The translations under genes and the position numbers were made by a program. 64,000 bases of DNA from an uncultured Bacillota bacterium (lineage in GTDB: Bacteria; Bacillota_I; Bacilli_A; RFN20; CAG-288). Location: the NCBI GenBank assembly GCA_949290645.1, contig CASESG010000007.1:8103-72102 (forward strand), written 5' to 3'. Shown piece by piece: positions 1-9,438 of this stretch (position 1 is the stretch's first letter; each line of letters opens with the position of its first letter). The notes below the pieces were generated by a model. That model saw only the letters and a program-made list of their open reading frames with translations. It had not been told where the DNA came from and did no database searches.

Positions 1-2159
1 ATGAGTTTTGCGGGATAGCAGACGGTATCGGAAGGAATGGTCATCTGCCCCTGATGGTAGAGCTTGCTGCTGGAGGGAGAGGAGAGGACGACCTGGAATC
101 CCAAGGAGGTGAAGAAACGATACCAGAAAGGAAGAAGCTCGTAGAAGTTGAGACCCATGGGAAGGCCGATCTTTCCCCGGGGGAAGGAAGAGCTTGAGTG
201 TTCGCTGTCATAGCTTCTGAGGATCTTGTTCTTGAAGTCGAAGAGGTCGAGGGAGAGGTCTTCGCTCTTCTTGGTGATCGGCTTCTCGCAGCGATTGCCG
301 CCGATGAATGTCCTCTTGTCGTCAAAGATGGAGATCGTCAGGTGGCATTTGTTGTTGCAGCCATGGCAGATGGAAGAGACAACCTTTCTCCTGAAATTGG
401 CGATGCTCTCCTTGTCCAGAATGGAAGATTTCGTCAAATTCAACCTCTTGGCATCCAAAGCCGCACCATAAGCTCCCATCAATCCGGCGATGTTGGGTCG
501 GATGACTTTGACATCGAGCTCCTTCTCAAAGGCCCGCAAGACCGCATCGTTGAGGAAGGTTCCTCCCTGGACGACGATCTTCTTTCCGAGGTCGTCCTTG
601 CTGGAGCAGCGGATGACCTTGTAGAGGGCGTTCTTGACGACGGAGATGGCAAGGCCGGCGGCGATGTCGTTGACGCTGGCCCCGTCCTTCTGGGCCTGCT
701 TGACGGAGGAGTTCATGAAGACGGTGCAGCGAGAGCCGAGATCGACCGGTCTTTTGGCCGTCATGGCAAGTTTCGCAAAGTCCTCGATGGAATAGCCAAG
801 CGAGGAGGCGAACGTCTGGAGGAAGGATCCGCAGCCGGAGGAACAGGCCTCGTTGAGGAAGATGTCGTCGATGACGCCGTTGTGGATGCGGAAGCACTTG
901 ATGTCCTGTCCGCCGATGTCGATGACGAACTCGACGTCGGGGAGGAAGTGCTTCGCCGCTTCGAAATGGGCCATCGTCTCGACGATTCCGTGGTCGAGAG
1001 CGAAGGCGTTCTTGGCCAGGTCTTCTCCGTATCCGGTCGCGGAGGCACCGGCGATGACGCTCTCCTTGTCTCTCTTCTCGTCGATCTCCAGAAGCATGTC
1101 TCTCAAGAGGGAGATGGGATCTCCTTGGTTGAGGACGTAATGGGTATAGCGGATGTTGCAGTCCTTGTCGATCAAGACGGCCTTGAGGGTCGTCGATCCG
1201 GAGTCGATTCCGAGATAGAGAGGACCCTTGTATCCTTCAAGAGGCAGGGTCTCGACCTTGTCCTTGTCGTGCTCTTTTCGGAAGCTTTCGTATTCCTTCT
1301 CGTTGCAAAAGAGGGGCTCGATGTAGGAGAAGTTCTCGCTGTTTCGATAGCTCTGGACCTTCTCAATCAAGGAAGAGAGCTCGACCTTCTCGTCCTTCCT
1401 TGCCAGAAGGGCCGTTCCGATGGCGACGAAGTAGAGGGAATCCTCGGGAAGGATTCCTTTCACGGAAAGAGTCTCGTCGAAAGCCTTTCTCAGCTGGGAG
1501 AGGAAAGTCAAAGGACCTCCCAGGTAGAGGACGTTCTTCTTGATCTCCCTTCCCTGGGCAAGGCCGGCGATGGTCTGGTTGACGACGGCATAGAGGATGC
1601 TCATGGCGATGTCTTCCTTCCTCGCCCCTTGGTTGAGCAAAGGCTGGACATCGCTTTTGGCGAAGACTCCGCAGCGGGAGGCGATGGTATAGAGCCTCTC
1701 CGACTTTTTGGCCAAGGTGTCGACGGCCTCGACCGGGACGTTGAGCAAAGAGGCCATCTGGTCGATGAAGGCGCCCGTGCCTCCGGCACAGGTTCCGTTC
1801 ATCCTCACCTCGACGCCATCGGTCAGGAAGAGGATCTTGGCATCCTCTCCTCCGAGCTCGATGATGCAATCGGTCTCCGGATATCTCTCTCTTGCGCACT
1901 CCCTTGTGGCATAGACTTCCTGGTAGAAGGGGAAGGAGCAGGCTTGCGCAATTCCCATGCCGGCCGATCCAGAGAATCCCATGGGGACTTTCTCCATGCC
2001 CTTGAGTGGCCCTTCCTTGAGCTGGTCGAGGACTTCCTTGAGCTTCTCGGCGATGCGGGAATAGTGTCTCTGATAGGTCTTGAAGAGGACTTTTCCATCC
2101 TCGGAGAGGACGACCGCCTTGATGGTCGTCGACCCGATGTCGATTCCGACACTAATCAT
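1..2159 (-). CDS. Tandem BadF/BadG/BcrA/BcrD-type ATPase (acyl-CoA dehydratase activase-like, large fused form); N-terminal ~719 codons, 3' end lies beyond the left edge
   Basis: Not in the ORF track because there is no stop inside the window. My minus-strand translation from ATG 2159-2157 reads MISVGIDIGSTTIKAVVLSEDGKV. A second actin-fold ATPase repeat follows (LYLGIDSGSTTLKAVLIDKD), then CHGCNNKCHLTI and FYELLPFWYRFF. The frame is open to position 1. Plus-strand ORF 198..2198 is its antisense shadow. Confidence 0.8.
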   Translation of the reverse strand, partial: MISVGIDIGSTTIKAVVLSEDGKVLFKTYQRHYSRIAEKLKEVLDQLKEGPLKGMEKVPMGFSGSAGMGIAQACSFPFYQEVYATRECARERYPETDCIIELGGEDAKILFLTDGVEVRMNGTCAGGTGAFIDQMASLLNVPVEAVDTLAKKSERLYTIASRCGVFAKSDVQPLLNQGARKEDIAMSILYAVVNQTIAGLAQGREIKKNVLYLGGPLTFLSQLRKAFDETLSVKGILPEDSLYFVAIGTALLARKDEKVELSSLIEKVQSYRNSENFSYIEPLFCNEKEYESFRKEHDKDKVETLPLEGYKGPLYLGIDSGSTTLKAVLIDKDCNIRYTHYVLNQGDPISLLRDMLLEIDEKRDKESVIAGASATGYGEDLAKNAFALDHGIVETMAHFEAAKHFLPDVEFVIDIGGQDIKCFRIHNGVIDDIFLNEACSSGCGSFLQTFASSLGYSIEDFAKLAMTAKRPVDLGSRCTVFMNSSVKQAQKDGASVNDIAAGLAISVVKNALYKVIRCSSKDDLGKKIVVQGGTFLNDAVLRAFEKELDVKVIRPNIAGLMGAYGAALDAKRLNLTKSSILDKESIANFRRKVVSSICHGCNNKCHLTISIFDDKRTFIGGNRCEKPITKKSEDLSLDLFDFKNKILRSYDSEHSSSSFPRGKIGLPMGLNFYELLPFWYRFFTSLGFQVVLSSPSSSKLYHQGQMTIPSDTVCYPAKL

Positions 2160-3360
2160 TCTTGTCCTTCTTCTCCTCGTCTTCGCTCAAATCGATGACG
2201 ATTCCGGTTGGATTCTCTCTCGGCGCATCCGTCTTCTCTTCCTCTCCTTCAGACTGGGAAGGAGTGGTGGGAGAGAAGGTTGTCTCCGGATGGTTCTCCT
2301 CGAAGGGAGTGGAGAAGGGATGCTTTTCCTGATAGGTCTGCTCCGGAACGAAACAGCCGCGGGCCGAGGATTCCTCGCCGTGGATGTAGTTGGGATTGCG
2401 GTAGGTCTGATAGATCGTGAACTTGATCTGGGGATTGATGCTCTCCAGAAGGACATCCTGGCTCTCCTCGATGATGCAGTAGTCGTTTCCGATCCAGAAG
2501 TACTGCAGGAAGAATCCGAAGAAGAGGGAGATCGTGGGAGAAAGCAAGAGGATGATCGGCATCACCATGGTCTCTGTTGTCTCGATCATGCTGCATCCGT
2601 AGAGAGAAAGGCCGTAGATGAGGACGAAGGCGAGAAGATAAGGCCAGTTCAGGCGGATGGAATTCTTCAGTCGATAGCCCTGGAAACCGCGGGCGAACTG
2701 GATGCGGGAAAGAGTCCTGGCCTGGGCTGCGGAGAGGTTCTTGTCGATGTCGGGAAGGACGATGGTCGCGATCTGGTGGTTGGAGAGATTCATCGGAAGG
2801 GCGTAGAAGAGAAGATAAGTCATCGGCAGGAAAGCGGTCACACCGACCAGGATGGTGAGAGGCTGGGTGAGATAGAAGGTGTTCTCGCTCAAATAGGTCC
2901 AGAATTCCTCCGGCAGTGTCGCCTGGGAGAAGAAGAGGTTTCCGATTTCCGTCAACACCTCGCCGGCAGGAGGGAAGCAGTTGGCCAGAGGCTGAGCGGC
3001 GTATTCGAGGATGAAGGACAGGGCGATGATCAGAAGGAAGCTGATCAAGAGGGCGTTGATGAGGCCGAAGATTCCTCCCATATTGTCCTTGAAGAAGGCT
3101 CTGTATCCATCGGCATAGGTGAAATTGGTTTTCCCGATTCCAGTCACGGATTGGCGCATTCTTCTTTCGACCGTGTAGAACATCGGAAGGACGAAATAGA
3201 CGAGAAGCAGGGAGAGGACGAAAGTGAAGAGGGCAACAAGGACGATGATCAGCGTCAAGAGAATCGGCGGGACAAGGAGAAGCATGTTCATCCAGACGTC
3301 CTTGTGGAAGAGTCTCTTCTGTCTTTCCTTGATCTTCTGGTTTCTTTCTTTTTGATCCAT
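2152..3360 (-). CDS. Polytopic membrane protein of unknown function with acidic/Pro-Thr-rich C-terminal tail
   Basis: ORF 2152..3417(-) has multiple hydrophobic segments (LLLVPPILLTLIIVLVALFTFVLSLLLVYFVL and others). I place the start at MDQKERN (ATG at 3360) because GGAGGT lies 6 nt upstream. Its stop overlaps the activase start by 8 nt. Confidence 0.6.
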   Translation of the reverse strand: MDQKERNQKIKERQKRLFHKDVWMNMLLLVPPILLTLIIVLVALFTFVLSLLLVYFVLPMFYTVERRMRQSVTGIGKTNFTYADGYRAFFKDNMGGIFGLINALLISFLLIIALSFILEYAAQPLANCFPPAGEVLTEIGNLFFSQATLPEEFWTYLSENTFYLTQPLTILVGVTAFLPMTYLLFYALPMNLSNHQIATIVLPDIDKNLSAAQARTLSRIQFARGFQGYRLKNSIRLNWPYLLAFVLIYGLSLYGCSMIETTETMVMPIILLLSPTISLFFGFFLQYFWIGNDYCIIEESQDVLLESINPQIKFTIYQTYRNPNYIHGEESSARGCFVPEQTYQEKHPFSTPFEENHPETTFSPTTPSQSEGEEEKTDAPRENPTGIVIDLSEDEEKKDKND

Positions 3361-3475
3361 GTCTGTACCTCCGAAGGGGTTCGTGAAAGCGGGGTCACGA
3401 AAACTATTGTAATACAAAGAGGGGCCTTTCCGCCCGTTTCCGGAAATGTGGGACGAATCGGGAAGAAGCGTGCAA

Positions 3476-3661
3476 TTAGAGGGAAGGAGTGTATCCGGCT
3501 GAAGAGATGCAATCGACGGCCGTCTGAACGTCCTTCTCCTCGACTGAGACGGTCTTGTTCTCGAGGTCGATCGTGCTCTTGATGCCTTTTCTCTTGAGGG
3601 CCTTTTCGATCTTCTCTTGGCAGTGGATGCACTTCATGTCCGTCACGTGGATTTCTTTCAT
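3476..3661 (-). CDS. copZ: Heavy-metal-associated domain copper chaperone
   Basis: 61 aa with the MxCxxC metal-binding motif (DMKCIHCQEKIEKAL). The start overlaps the copA stop (ATGA). Confidence 0.85.
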   Translation of the reverse strand: MKEIHVTDMKCIHCQEKIEKALKRKGIKSTIDLENKTVSVEEKDVQTAVDCISSAGYTPSL

Positions 3662-5838
3662 CTTCTCTTCTCCTTTCTTTTTTCGGGTTTATAGGCACGG
3701 ACCCTGAGGCTGTTGATGGTCAAGGTCAGGTTGGAAAAGATCATCAATGCGGCGCAGAGATACATCGGAAGAAGGCCAAGGATCGCCAGGGGAATCATCG
3801 CGACGTTGTAGAGGATGGCCCAGAGGAAGTTCTCGATGATGTTGACGTAGGTCTTCTTGGAGATGTCCAGGGCGAAGAGGAGGACGGAGAGTTCCCTCTT
3901 GAGCAGAAGGGCGTCGGCGCTGGAGCAGGCGATGGCGTTGGCTTTGTAGGATGCGAAGGAGAGGTCGGCTTCCTTCAGGGCCAGGGTGTCGTTGATTCCG
4001 TCTCCGACATAGCAGAGGAAGCCTTCCTTTTCCCGGATCTTGCGAAGCATCTCGGCCTTGCTCTGCGGAGTGGCTTCGGAGAGGACGTTCTCCTCCTCGA
4101 TGGAAAGCCTCTTGGCGATCCTCAAGGCGTACTCCCGCCGGTCTCCGGTGATCATGTAGACGGCGATTCCGCGTCTTTTGAGTTCTTTGATCGTGTCGAC
4201 GCTGTCCTGGCTCAATTCATCGACCAGGGCGAGGATAAGAAGGACTTCTTCTCGATCGGAGAGATAGAGAAGGGAGCTGTCCTTGTTCTCTTCCTCGAAG
4301 AGGGAAAGCTCCTGGGAGATTCTCTTTCCCTGGATGGTCTTCCGGTTTCCGAGGAAGTAGGAACCAGTCGAAAGGCCTTCTCCCGGAATCTCCTTCACTT
4401 CCTGTATCGTCTCCTCTTCCGCGTCCTTGAGGTAGGAGAGAAGGGAGAGGGCAATCGGATGGAGGGAGTTCTTCTCCATCGCCTTGACCAGGGGAAGGAG
4501 GTTCTTTCTTCCGGCCATGCCGACGACTTCCATCCTTCCGGTGGAGAGGGTTCCCGTCTTGTCGAAGACGGCACAGCGGATCTTTCGAATCTTCTCGAAG
4601 GTATCACCACTCTTGAAGAGGACACCGTGTCTCAGGGCGCAGTCATAGCCCGACATTGCGGAGATGGGAACGGCAAGGCCAAAGGCGCAGGGACAGCTGA
4701 CGGAGAGGACCGAGCAGGCCCGGACGATGCTTTCCTCGGCATCGAGCTTCATGGCGAAGAAGCAGAGCAGGAAGGAAAGGAGGGAAAGAAGGAGGATGGC
4801 CGGGGTGAAGTAGGCGGCGATGGTGTCGGAGAGCTTGGAGAGCTTTCCCTTCTTCTGGTCGAGGGCGTAGCTCTCGTTCTGGATGGAAGAGTAGAGAGAG
4901 TCGAGGGCGATCTTGTCCACCTCGACGATCAAGGGTCCGTCCTGAAGCGCCGTGCCGCCGAGGACCTTGTCTCCGACAGCGACAAGTCGGGGCCGGCTCT
5001 CTCCGGTCAGGGAGCTCTCGTCGACGTGACCTGTTCCGGAGATGACATGTCCGTCGCAGGGCAGGATCTCCCCAGCGAGGACCTTGATGTGGTCTTTGAC
5101 GTCGAGGTTGTCGCTGTCGAGGACTTCGGTCGAGCCGTCCGGATAGATCAAGGTGCTGTTCTTGGGCGGTTCGATGGCGGCCTTCTGATAGTTCTTGTCC
5201 GCCTTGATCTTGATGCGGTCGGTCAGAAGGTGGCCTAAAGTGATGATGGAGAGGATCATGCAGGTCCCGTCGAAGTAGGTCATCCGATAGCCTTCCATGT
5301 GATGGGCGTGCATCGAGAGGGGATCGATTCCTCTCTGGATGTTGGTGATGAAGAGATAGAGGGAGAGGACATAGCTTGCCAGGGAGGAAAGGGAGATCAG
5401 GAAGTCCATTCCGATGTTCTTGTATCGAAGTCCCTTGACGGCACGGATGAAGAAGGGAATCCCGAGGACGAGAAGGGCAAGGGTGGCGAGAGTCAGGAAG
5501 GTGACGTCGTTTCCGAAGAAGAAAAAGAAAGGATTGTCGATCCCGAAGTGATAGACGATCCCGAGAAGGGAACAGAGGAGCACCAGGATGGCGACAGGGA
5601 CGAGGATGAAGTTCTTGTCGAAGGTCTTCTTGTCGTCGATGACAAGCTCATAGCCGGCTCTCTTGACAAGCCTTCTGAGATATTCGAGGCTGATCTTCTC
5701 CTCGTCATAGGTGAATTCGACCCGATTGTGGGTCAAGTCGACATGGGAAAGAAGGCCCGCCTGTCCCAGGGCGTTTTCGACCGCTTTGGAGCAGTGGGCG
5801 CAATACATGCCCTTGACTTCGAGGTTGGCCTTCTTCAT
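3658..5838 (-). CDS. copA: Copper-translocating P1B-type ATPase
   Basis: N-terminal HMA domain GMYCAHC, transmembrane CPC motif (SVSCPCAFGLAVP), phosphorylation site DKTGTL, and hinge GDGINDTLAL. Confidence 0.92.
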   Translation of the reverse strand: MKKANLEVKGMYCAHCSKAVENALGQAGLLSHVDLTHNRVEFTYDEEKISLEYLRRLVKRAGYELVIDDKKTFDKNFILVPVAILVLLCSLLGIVYHFGIDNPFFFFFGNDVTFLTLATLALLVLGIPFFIRAVKGLRYKNIGMDFLISLSSLASYVLSLYLFITNIQRGIDPLSMHAHHMEGYRMTYFDGTCMILSIITLGHLLTDRIKIKADKNYQKAAIEPPKNSTLIYPDGSTEVLDSDNLDVKDHIKVLAGEILPCDGHVISGTGHVDESSLTGESRPRLVAVGDKVLGGTALQDGPLIVEVDKIALDSLYSSIQNESYALDQKKGKLSKLSDTIAAYFTPAILLLSLLSFLLCFFAMKLDAEESIVRACSVLSVSCPCAFGLAVPISAMSGYDCALRHGVLFKSGDTFEKIRKIRCAVFDKTGTLSTGRMEVVGMAGRKNLLPLVKAMEKNSLHPIALSLLSYLKDAEEETIQEVKEIPGEGLSTGSYFLGNRKTIQGKRISQELSLFEEENKDSSLLYLSDREEVLLILALVDELSQDSVDTIKELKRRGIAVYMITGDRREYALRIAKRLSIEEENVLSEATPQSKAEMLRKIREKEGFLCYVGDGINDTLALKEADLSFASYKANAIACSSADALLLKRELSVLLFALDISKKTYVNIIENFLWAILYNVAMIPLAILGLLPMYLCAALMIFSNLTLTINSLRVRAYKPEKRKEKRR

Positions 5839-6491
5839 CTGATCTTCTGCCCTTGCTTGCGATATTCCGACTTGATTCCTTCCGAACGGTCTTTGAGCAT
5901 CTGGATGAGCTTCTCGCTCTTCTCGTGGGCGATGGGGAGAATCTCGTCCTTCTCCGCATCCTTGATGGTCTCCTCAAGCTCCGTTGTGGAGAGGAAGAAG
6001 AGACCTTGTTCCTTCCGAACCATCTCGGGAGGGAGAAGGAGGCTCTTGTTGTAGCAGACGACGTTGACGAAAAGCGTGGAATCCTCCTCGACTCCGATCA
6101 GCTTCTTGAGCTTCTCGATGACTTCCCGGTTCTCAAGAACCGGGTTTTCGATCTTCTCCTTCTTCTTCGAGGAGTCCTGATGGAAGAGATAGGGATCCTC
6201 GAGATTGCCGTAGATGGCGCCGTCTTGATAGAAATCCTTCACGACATAGACATATTTGTCGGCCAGAAGGATGTGGTCGATGCGCGTGGCTTTCCTCTCT
6301 CCCGGCAGGATCAGGCAGCAGTTGTTGATCAACAGCTGGTCGTTTTCTTCCGCATAAAAATGGAGGGCTTTGTAGACTCTTTGCCGATACCTTCTCCGTT
6401 CGAAGAAACGCCGGATGTCCGACTGGAAGAAGAGCAGAATCGAGGCGATCAGGAGAAAGAGGTAGAGCAAGACCAAGAGAACGTCGATCAA
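5835..6491 (-). CDS. Membrane-anchored NERD (nuclease-related domain)-like protein
   Basis: N-terminal TM helix followed by RIDHILLADKYVYVVKDF, which resembles the NERD core. The stop overlaps the copA start (ATGA). Family call is from memory of the motif only. Confidence 0.5.
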   Translation of the reverse strand: MIDVLLVLLYLFLLIASILLFFQSDIRRFFERRRYRQRVYKALHFYAEENDQLLINNCCLILPGERKATRIDHILLADKYVYVVKDFYQDGAIYGNLEDPYLFHQDSSKKKEKIENPVLENREVIEKLKKLIGVEEDSTLFVNVVCYNKSLLLPPEMVRKEQGLFFLSTTELEETIKDAEKDEILPIAHEKSEKLIQMLKDRSEGIKSEYRKQGQKIR

Positions 6492-6497
6492 TTTTCC

Positions 6498-7208
6498 TTA
6501 CTCCTTGATGCAGTCGAGAGCGACTTCCATCATGTTGGTGAAGGACTTCACCCTCTCTTCGCTTGTCGTCTCCTGATGGGTCAAGAGGCTGTCGGAGATG
6601 GTCAGGATCGCCAAGGCCTCCTTCTGGAAGGAAGCGGCTGTCGCAAAAAGGCCATAGCTTTCCATCTCGCAGCAGAGGCAACCCATCTTGGCCCACTTCT
6701 TCCAGACCTCCGGCGGATCGTTGTAGAAGTTGTCTGAGGAGAAGACCTGTCCGACCCTGTGGCGGAAGTTGTGACGGACGGCGGAATCGACCGCCTCCCG
6801 CAAGACAGGATAGGAGGAGATGGCACTATAGGTTCCCTCTGGCAGGTTATATTGTTGAATCCAGCTGGAATTGGTCGAGGCTCCCTGGGCGATGACGATG
6901 TCGAAGAGCTTGAGGTCTTCCACCATCGAGCCCGCCGAGCCGACGCGGATGATCCGGTCGACGTCGTACTCGCTGTAGAGCTCATAGGCATAAAGGCCGA
7001 TCGACGGGATGCCCATGCCCGAGCCCATGACCGAGACCTTCTTTCCCTTGTAGAAGCCCGTGAAGGCCAGCATGTTCCGGACGTCGTTGATCTGTCGGAC
7101 ATCCGTCAGGAAAGTCTCGGCGATGAACTTGGCGCGCAGGGGATCTCCCGGCATCAAGACCGTCTTGGCGAAGTCGCCTTTCTTGGCGTTGTTGTGCGGT
7201 GTTGGCAT
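6498..7208 (-). CDS. deoD: Purine nucleoside phosphorylase, DeoD type
   Basis: MPTPHNNAKKGDFAKTVLMPGDPLRAKFIAETFL...GMGIPSIGLYAYEL...CCEMESYGLF. I trimmed the start to ATG 7208, which has GGAGG 7 nt upstream. The longer ORF to 7283 adds a non-homologous leader. Confidence 0.9.
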   Translation of the reverse strand: MPTPHNNAKKGDFAKTVLMPGDPLRAKFIAETFLTDVRQINDVRNMLAFTGFYKGKKVSVMGSGMGIPSIGLYAYELYSEYDVDRIIRVGSAGSMVEDLKLFDIVIAQGASTNSSWIQQYNLPEGTYSAISSYPVLREAVDSAVRHNFRHRVGQVFSSDNFYNDPPEVWKKWAKMGCLCCEMESYGLFATAASFQKEALAILTISDSLLTHQETTSEERVKSFTNMMEVALDCIKE

Positions 7209-7295
7209 AATCATTCCTCCATCGATATTGATAGAGAAATTGTAACATAAAAACAGCAGGAAGAGGGTTTTGACGCAAAACAAAAATCGAGGCGA

Positions 7296-8096
7296 TCAGT
7301 TCGCCTCGATCTGGTTTCGGAAGATCATTTCGAATTCATCGGACTTGATCTTGTCCAAGATGCCCGAGTGGGCGATGGAGATCTGTCCCGTCTCCTCGGA
7401 GACGACGACCGTGACCGAGTCGGTGAGCTTGGAGATGCCAATCGCCGCCCTGTGCCGAGCGCCGAGCTTTCCCTCGTATTCGTCGGTGGAGTTGTCATAC
7501 ATCACCGCTGCGGCGATGATGATTCCGTTCTTGACGACGATCGCTCCGTCATGAAGTCTTGTCTTGTCGAAGAAGATCGTTTCCACAAGCTCCGGGACAA
7601 AGGGGGCGTTGAGAATCGTTCCGTTCTGGATGTAGTCGTCCATCGGGGTCTTTCTCTCGATGGTGATGAGAGCGCCCGTCTTCGTCTTGCTCAGCCATTT
7701 CACGGCCTTGCAGACGTTGGAGATGAACTCTTCCTTGTTGTAGACTTTGTTCTCGGCCTTTGAAACACTTTTTGAGTTCTTGAGGGGAATGGCAATATAT
7801 GTTCGAATCAAACCCAAGTTCACGAAACAGACGATGACGGAAGCTCCGATGATGAGAACTGCAATTATGATTGCCAGGATTTCCATCCCGAAGGCAAAGG
7901 CCAGGACATAGCCAATGTCGGCAATCAGGTAGAAGATCCTCACCGGCAGGCGGTTGATGGCATAGGCGAGGATTCCGGTCAGAAGGATGATGAGGAAACT
8001 CGACATGCAAAACTCAACGACAAATGAGATGTCTTGGAAGTTCTGCGTGATGCTGGTGGCATAGTTCGCTAGAAAAAGTGTTCCCCGCATGTTCAT
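7296..8096 (-). CDS. cdaA: Diadenylate cyclase (c-di-AMP synthase), membrane-anchored
   Basis: Three N-terminal TM helices, then DAC domain motifs GALITIER, LHDGAIVV, GARHRAAIGIS and SEETGQISIA. Start at MNMRG (AGGAAAG 7 nt upstream). Confidence 0.9.
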   Translation of the reverse strand: MNMRGTLFLANYATSITQNFQDISFVVEFCMSSFLIILLTGILAYAINRLPVRIFYLIADIGYVLAFAFGMEILAIIIAVLIIGASVIVCFVNLGLIRTYIAIPLKNSKSVSKAENKVYNKEEFISNVCKAVKWLSKTKTGALITIERKTPMDDYIQNGTILNAPFVPELVETIFFDKTRLHDGAIVVKNGIIIAAAVMYDNSTDEYEGKLGARHRAAIGISKLTDSVTVVVSEETGQISIAHSGILDKIKSDEFEMIFRNQIEAN

Positions 8097-8178
8097 CGTA
8101 TTTCTTTCCTGAAATAGTTTATCGCAGGGCAACGCCCGTGAAAAGGGGAGAGGGGACGAAAATCAGCAAAAAGCAATC

Positions 8179-9378
8179 TCAGAGCGAGGAGACGATGCTA
8201 TCGGCAAGACTCTCAAGCTTCTTGAGACCTTCCTCGTCGAGTCTCGACTTGACGGTGACATTCTCTCCGACATAGCGGAAGGGGCCTTCCTTGACCTTCT
8301 CCTTGAGCAGGCGGTTGGCGGCTGGGGCCCAGGTTCCGTTCTCGACAAGGGAGATGGCGCGGTTCTTCAGTCCCATCCTCAGGAAGTCATCGACGAAGAT
8401 CTCGACGGAAGGATAGATGGTCATGTTGTAGGTCGGGGTGACAAGGACGATGTTGGAGAGACGGAAGGCCTCGCTGACAAGCACGGAGGGAGTGGTCTTG
8501 CTGCTGTCGTAGACCCGGACGTCGTGGACACCCTTCTCGGAGAGCAGGGAGGCCAGGCATTCGGCGACATTCTCGCTGTTTCCGTAGAGGGAGCCGTAGA
8601 CGATCATGACGCCTTTCTTCTCGGGCTCATAGGTCGACCAATGCTGATACTTGTCCAGGAGGAAGGCGATGTCCTTTCTCCAGACGGGTCCGTGGAGGGC
8701 GCAGATGTAGTGGATGTCCAAGGCGGAGAGCTTCTTGAGGGCCATCTGGACCTGGACGCCGTACTTGCCGACGATGTTGGTGTAATAGCGGCGGGCATCG
8801 TCGAGCCAGTCGCGCTCGAAGTCGACCTCGTCGGCGAAGAGGTTGCCGTCGAGGGCACCGAAGGTTCCGAAGGCATCGGCGGAGAAGAGGACCTTGTCCG
8901 TCGGGTCATAGGAGACCATGACTTCCGGCCAGTGGACCATCGGGGCGAAGACGAAGTGCAGTTCGTGCTTTCCAAGCTTGAGGACGTCTCCGTCCTTGAC
9001 GACGACTTTCCTTCCCTCCAGGTTCAGCTCCGGATAGAACTGGTGGATGAAGAGGAAGGTCTTCTCGTTTCCGACGACTTGGCATTCGGGATGGCGGACG
9101 AGGATCTCCTCGATGTTGGCGCAGTGATCGGGCTCCATGTGATGGACGACCAAGTAATCGAGCTTTCTTCCGTTCAGGACATGGGCGACGTTTTCCAGAT
9201 AGAGGCGGGTGATGGAGGAGTCGACCGTGTCCAGAAGGCAGGTCTTCTCGTCCAGAAGGACATAGGAGTTGTAGGAGACTCCTCTTGGTATGGGGAAGAG
9301 ATTCTCGAATTTCTCGAGCCTTCGGTCGTTTCCTCCGACGTAATAAAGATCATCCGTGATTTTTCTTGTGCAGTGCAT
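8179..9378 (-). CDS. Flavodiiron protein (metallo-beta-lactamase-like diiron domain plus flavodoxin domain)
   Basis: Diiron ligand motif VVHHMEPDHCANI, HFVFAPMVHWPEVM, then flavodoxin-like VMIVYGSLYGNSE. 399 aa, typical of FprA/ROO-type enzymes. Confidence 0.85.
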   Translation of the reverse strand: MHCTRKITDDLYYVGGNDRRLEKFENLFPIPRGVSYNSYVLLDEKTCLLDTVDSSITRLYLENVAHVLNGRKLDYLVVHHMEPDHCANIEEILVRHPECQVVGNEKTFLFIHQFYPELNLEGRKVVVKDGDVLKLGKHELHFVFAPMVHWPEVMVSYDPTDKVLFSADAFGTFGALDGNLFADEVDFERDWLDDARRYYTNIVGKYGVQVQMALKKLSALDIHYICALHGPVWRKDIAFLLDKYQHWSTYEPEKKGVMIVYGSLYGNSENVAECLASLLSEKGVHDVRVYDSSKTTPSVLVSEAFRLSNIVLVTPTYNMTIYPSVEIFVDDFLRMGLKNRAISLVENGTWAPAANRLLKEKVKEGPFRYVGENVTVKSRLDEEGLKKLESLADSIVSSL

Positions 9379-9438
9379 GGGAACCTCCTGATTTTGGCAA
9401 GGACATTATAGACGTTTCGAAAAGAAAAGAGAGAGGAT

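Noticed and set aside
198-2198. 666-aa plus-strand ORF, the longest listed at the left end
   Set aside because: It is the codon-aligned antisense of the BadF/BcrA-type activase that I translated on the minus strand. The product is D/E/G/L/V-rich with no motifs, while the minus strand carries clear ATPase signatures.
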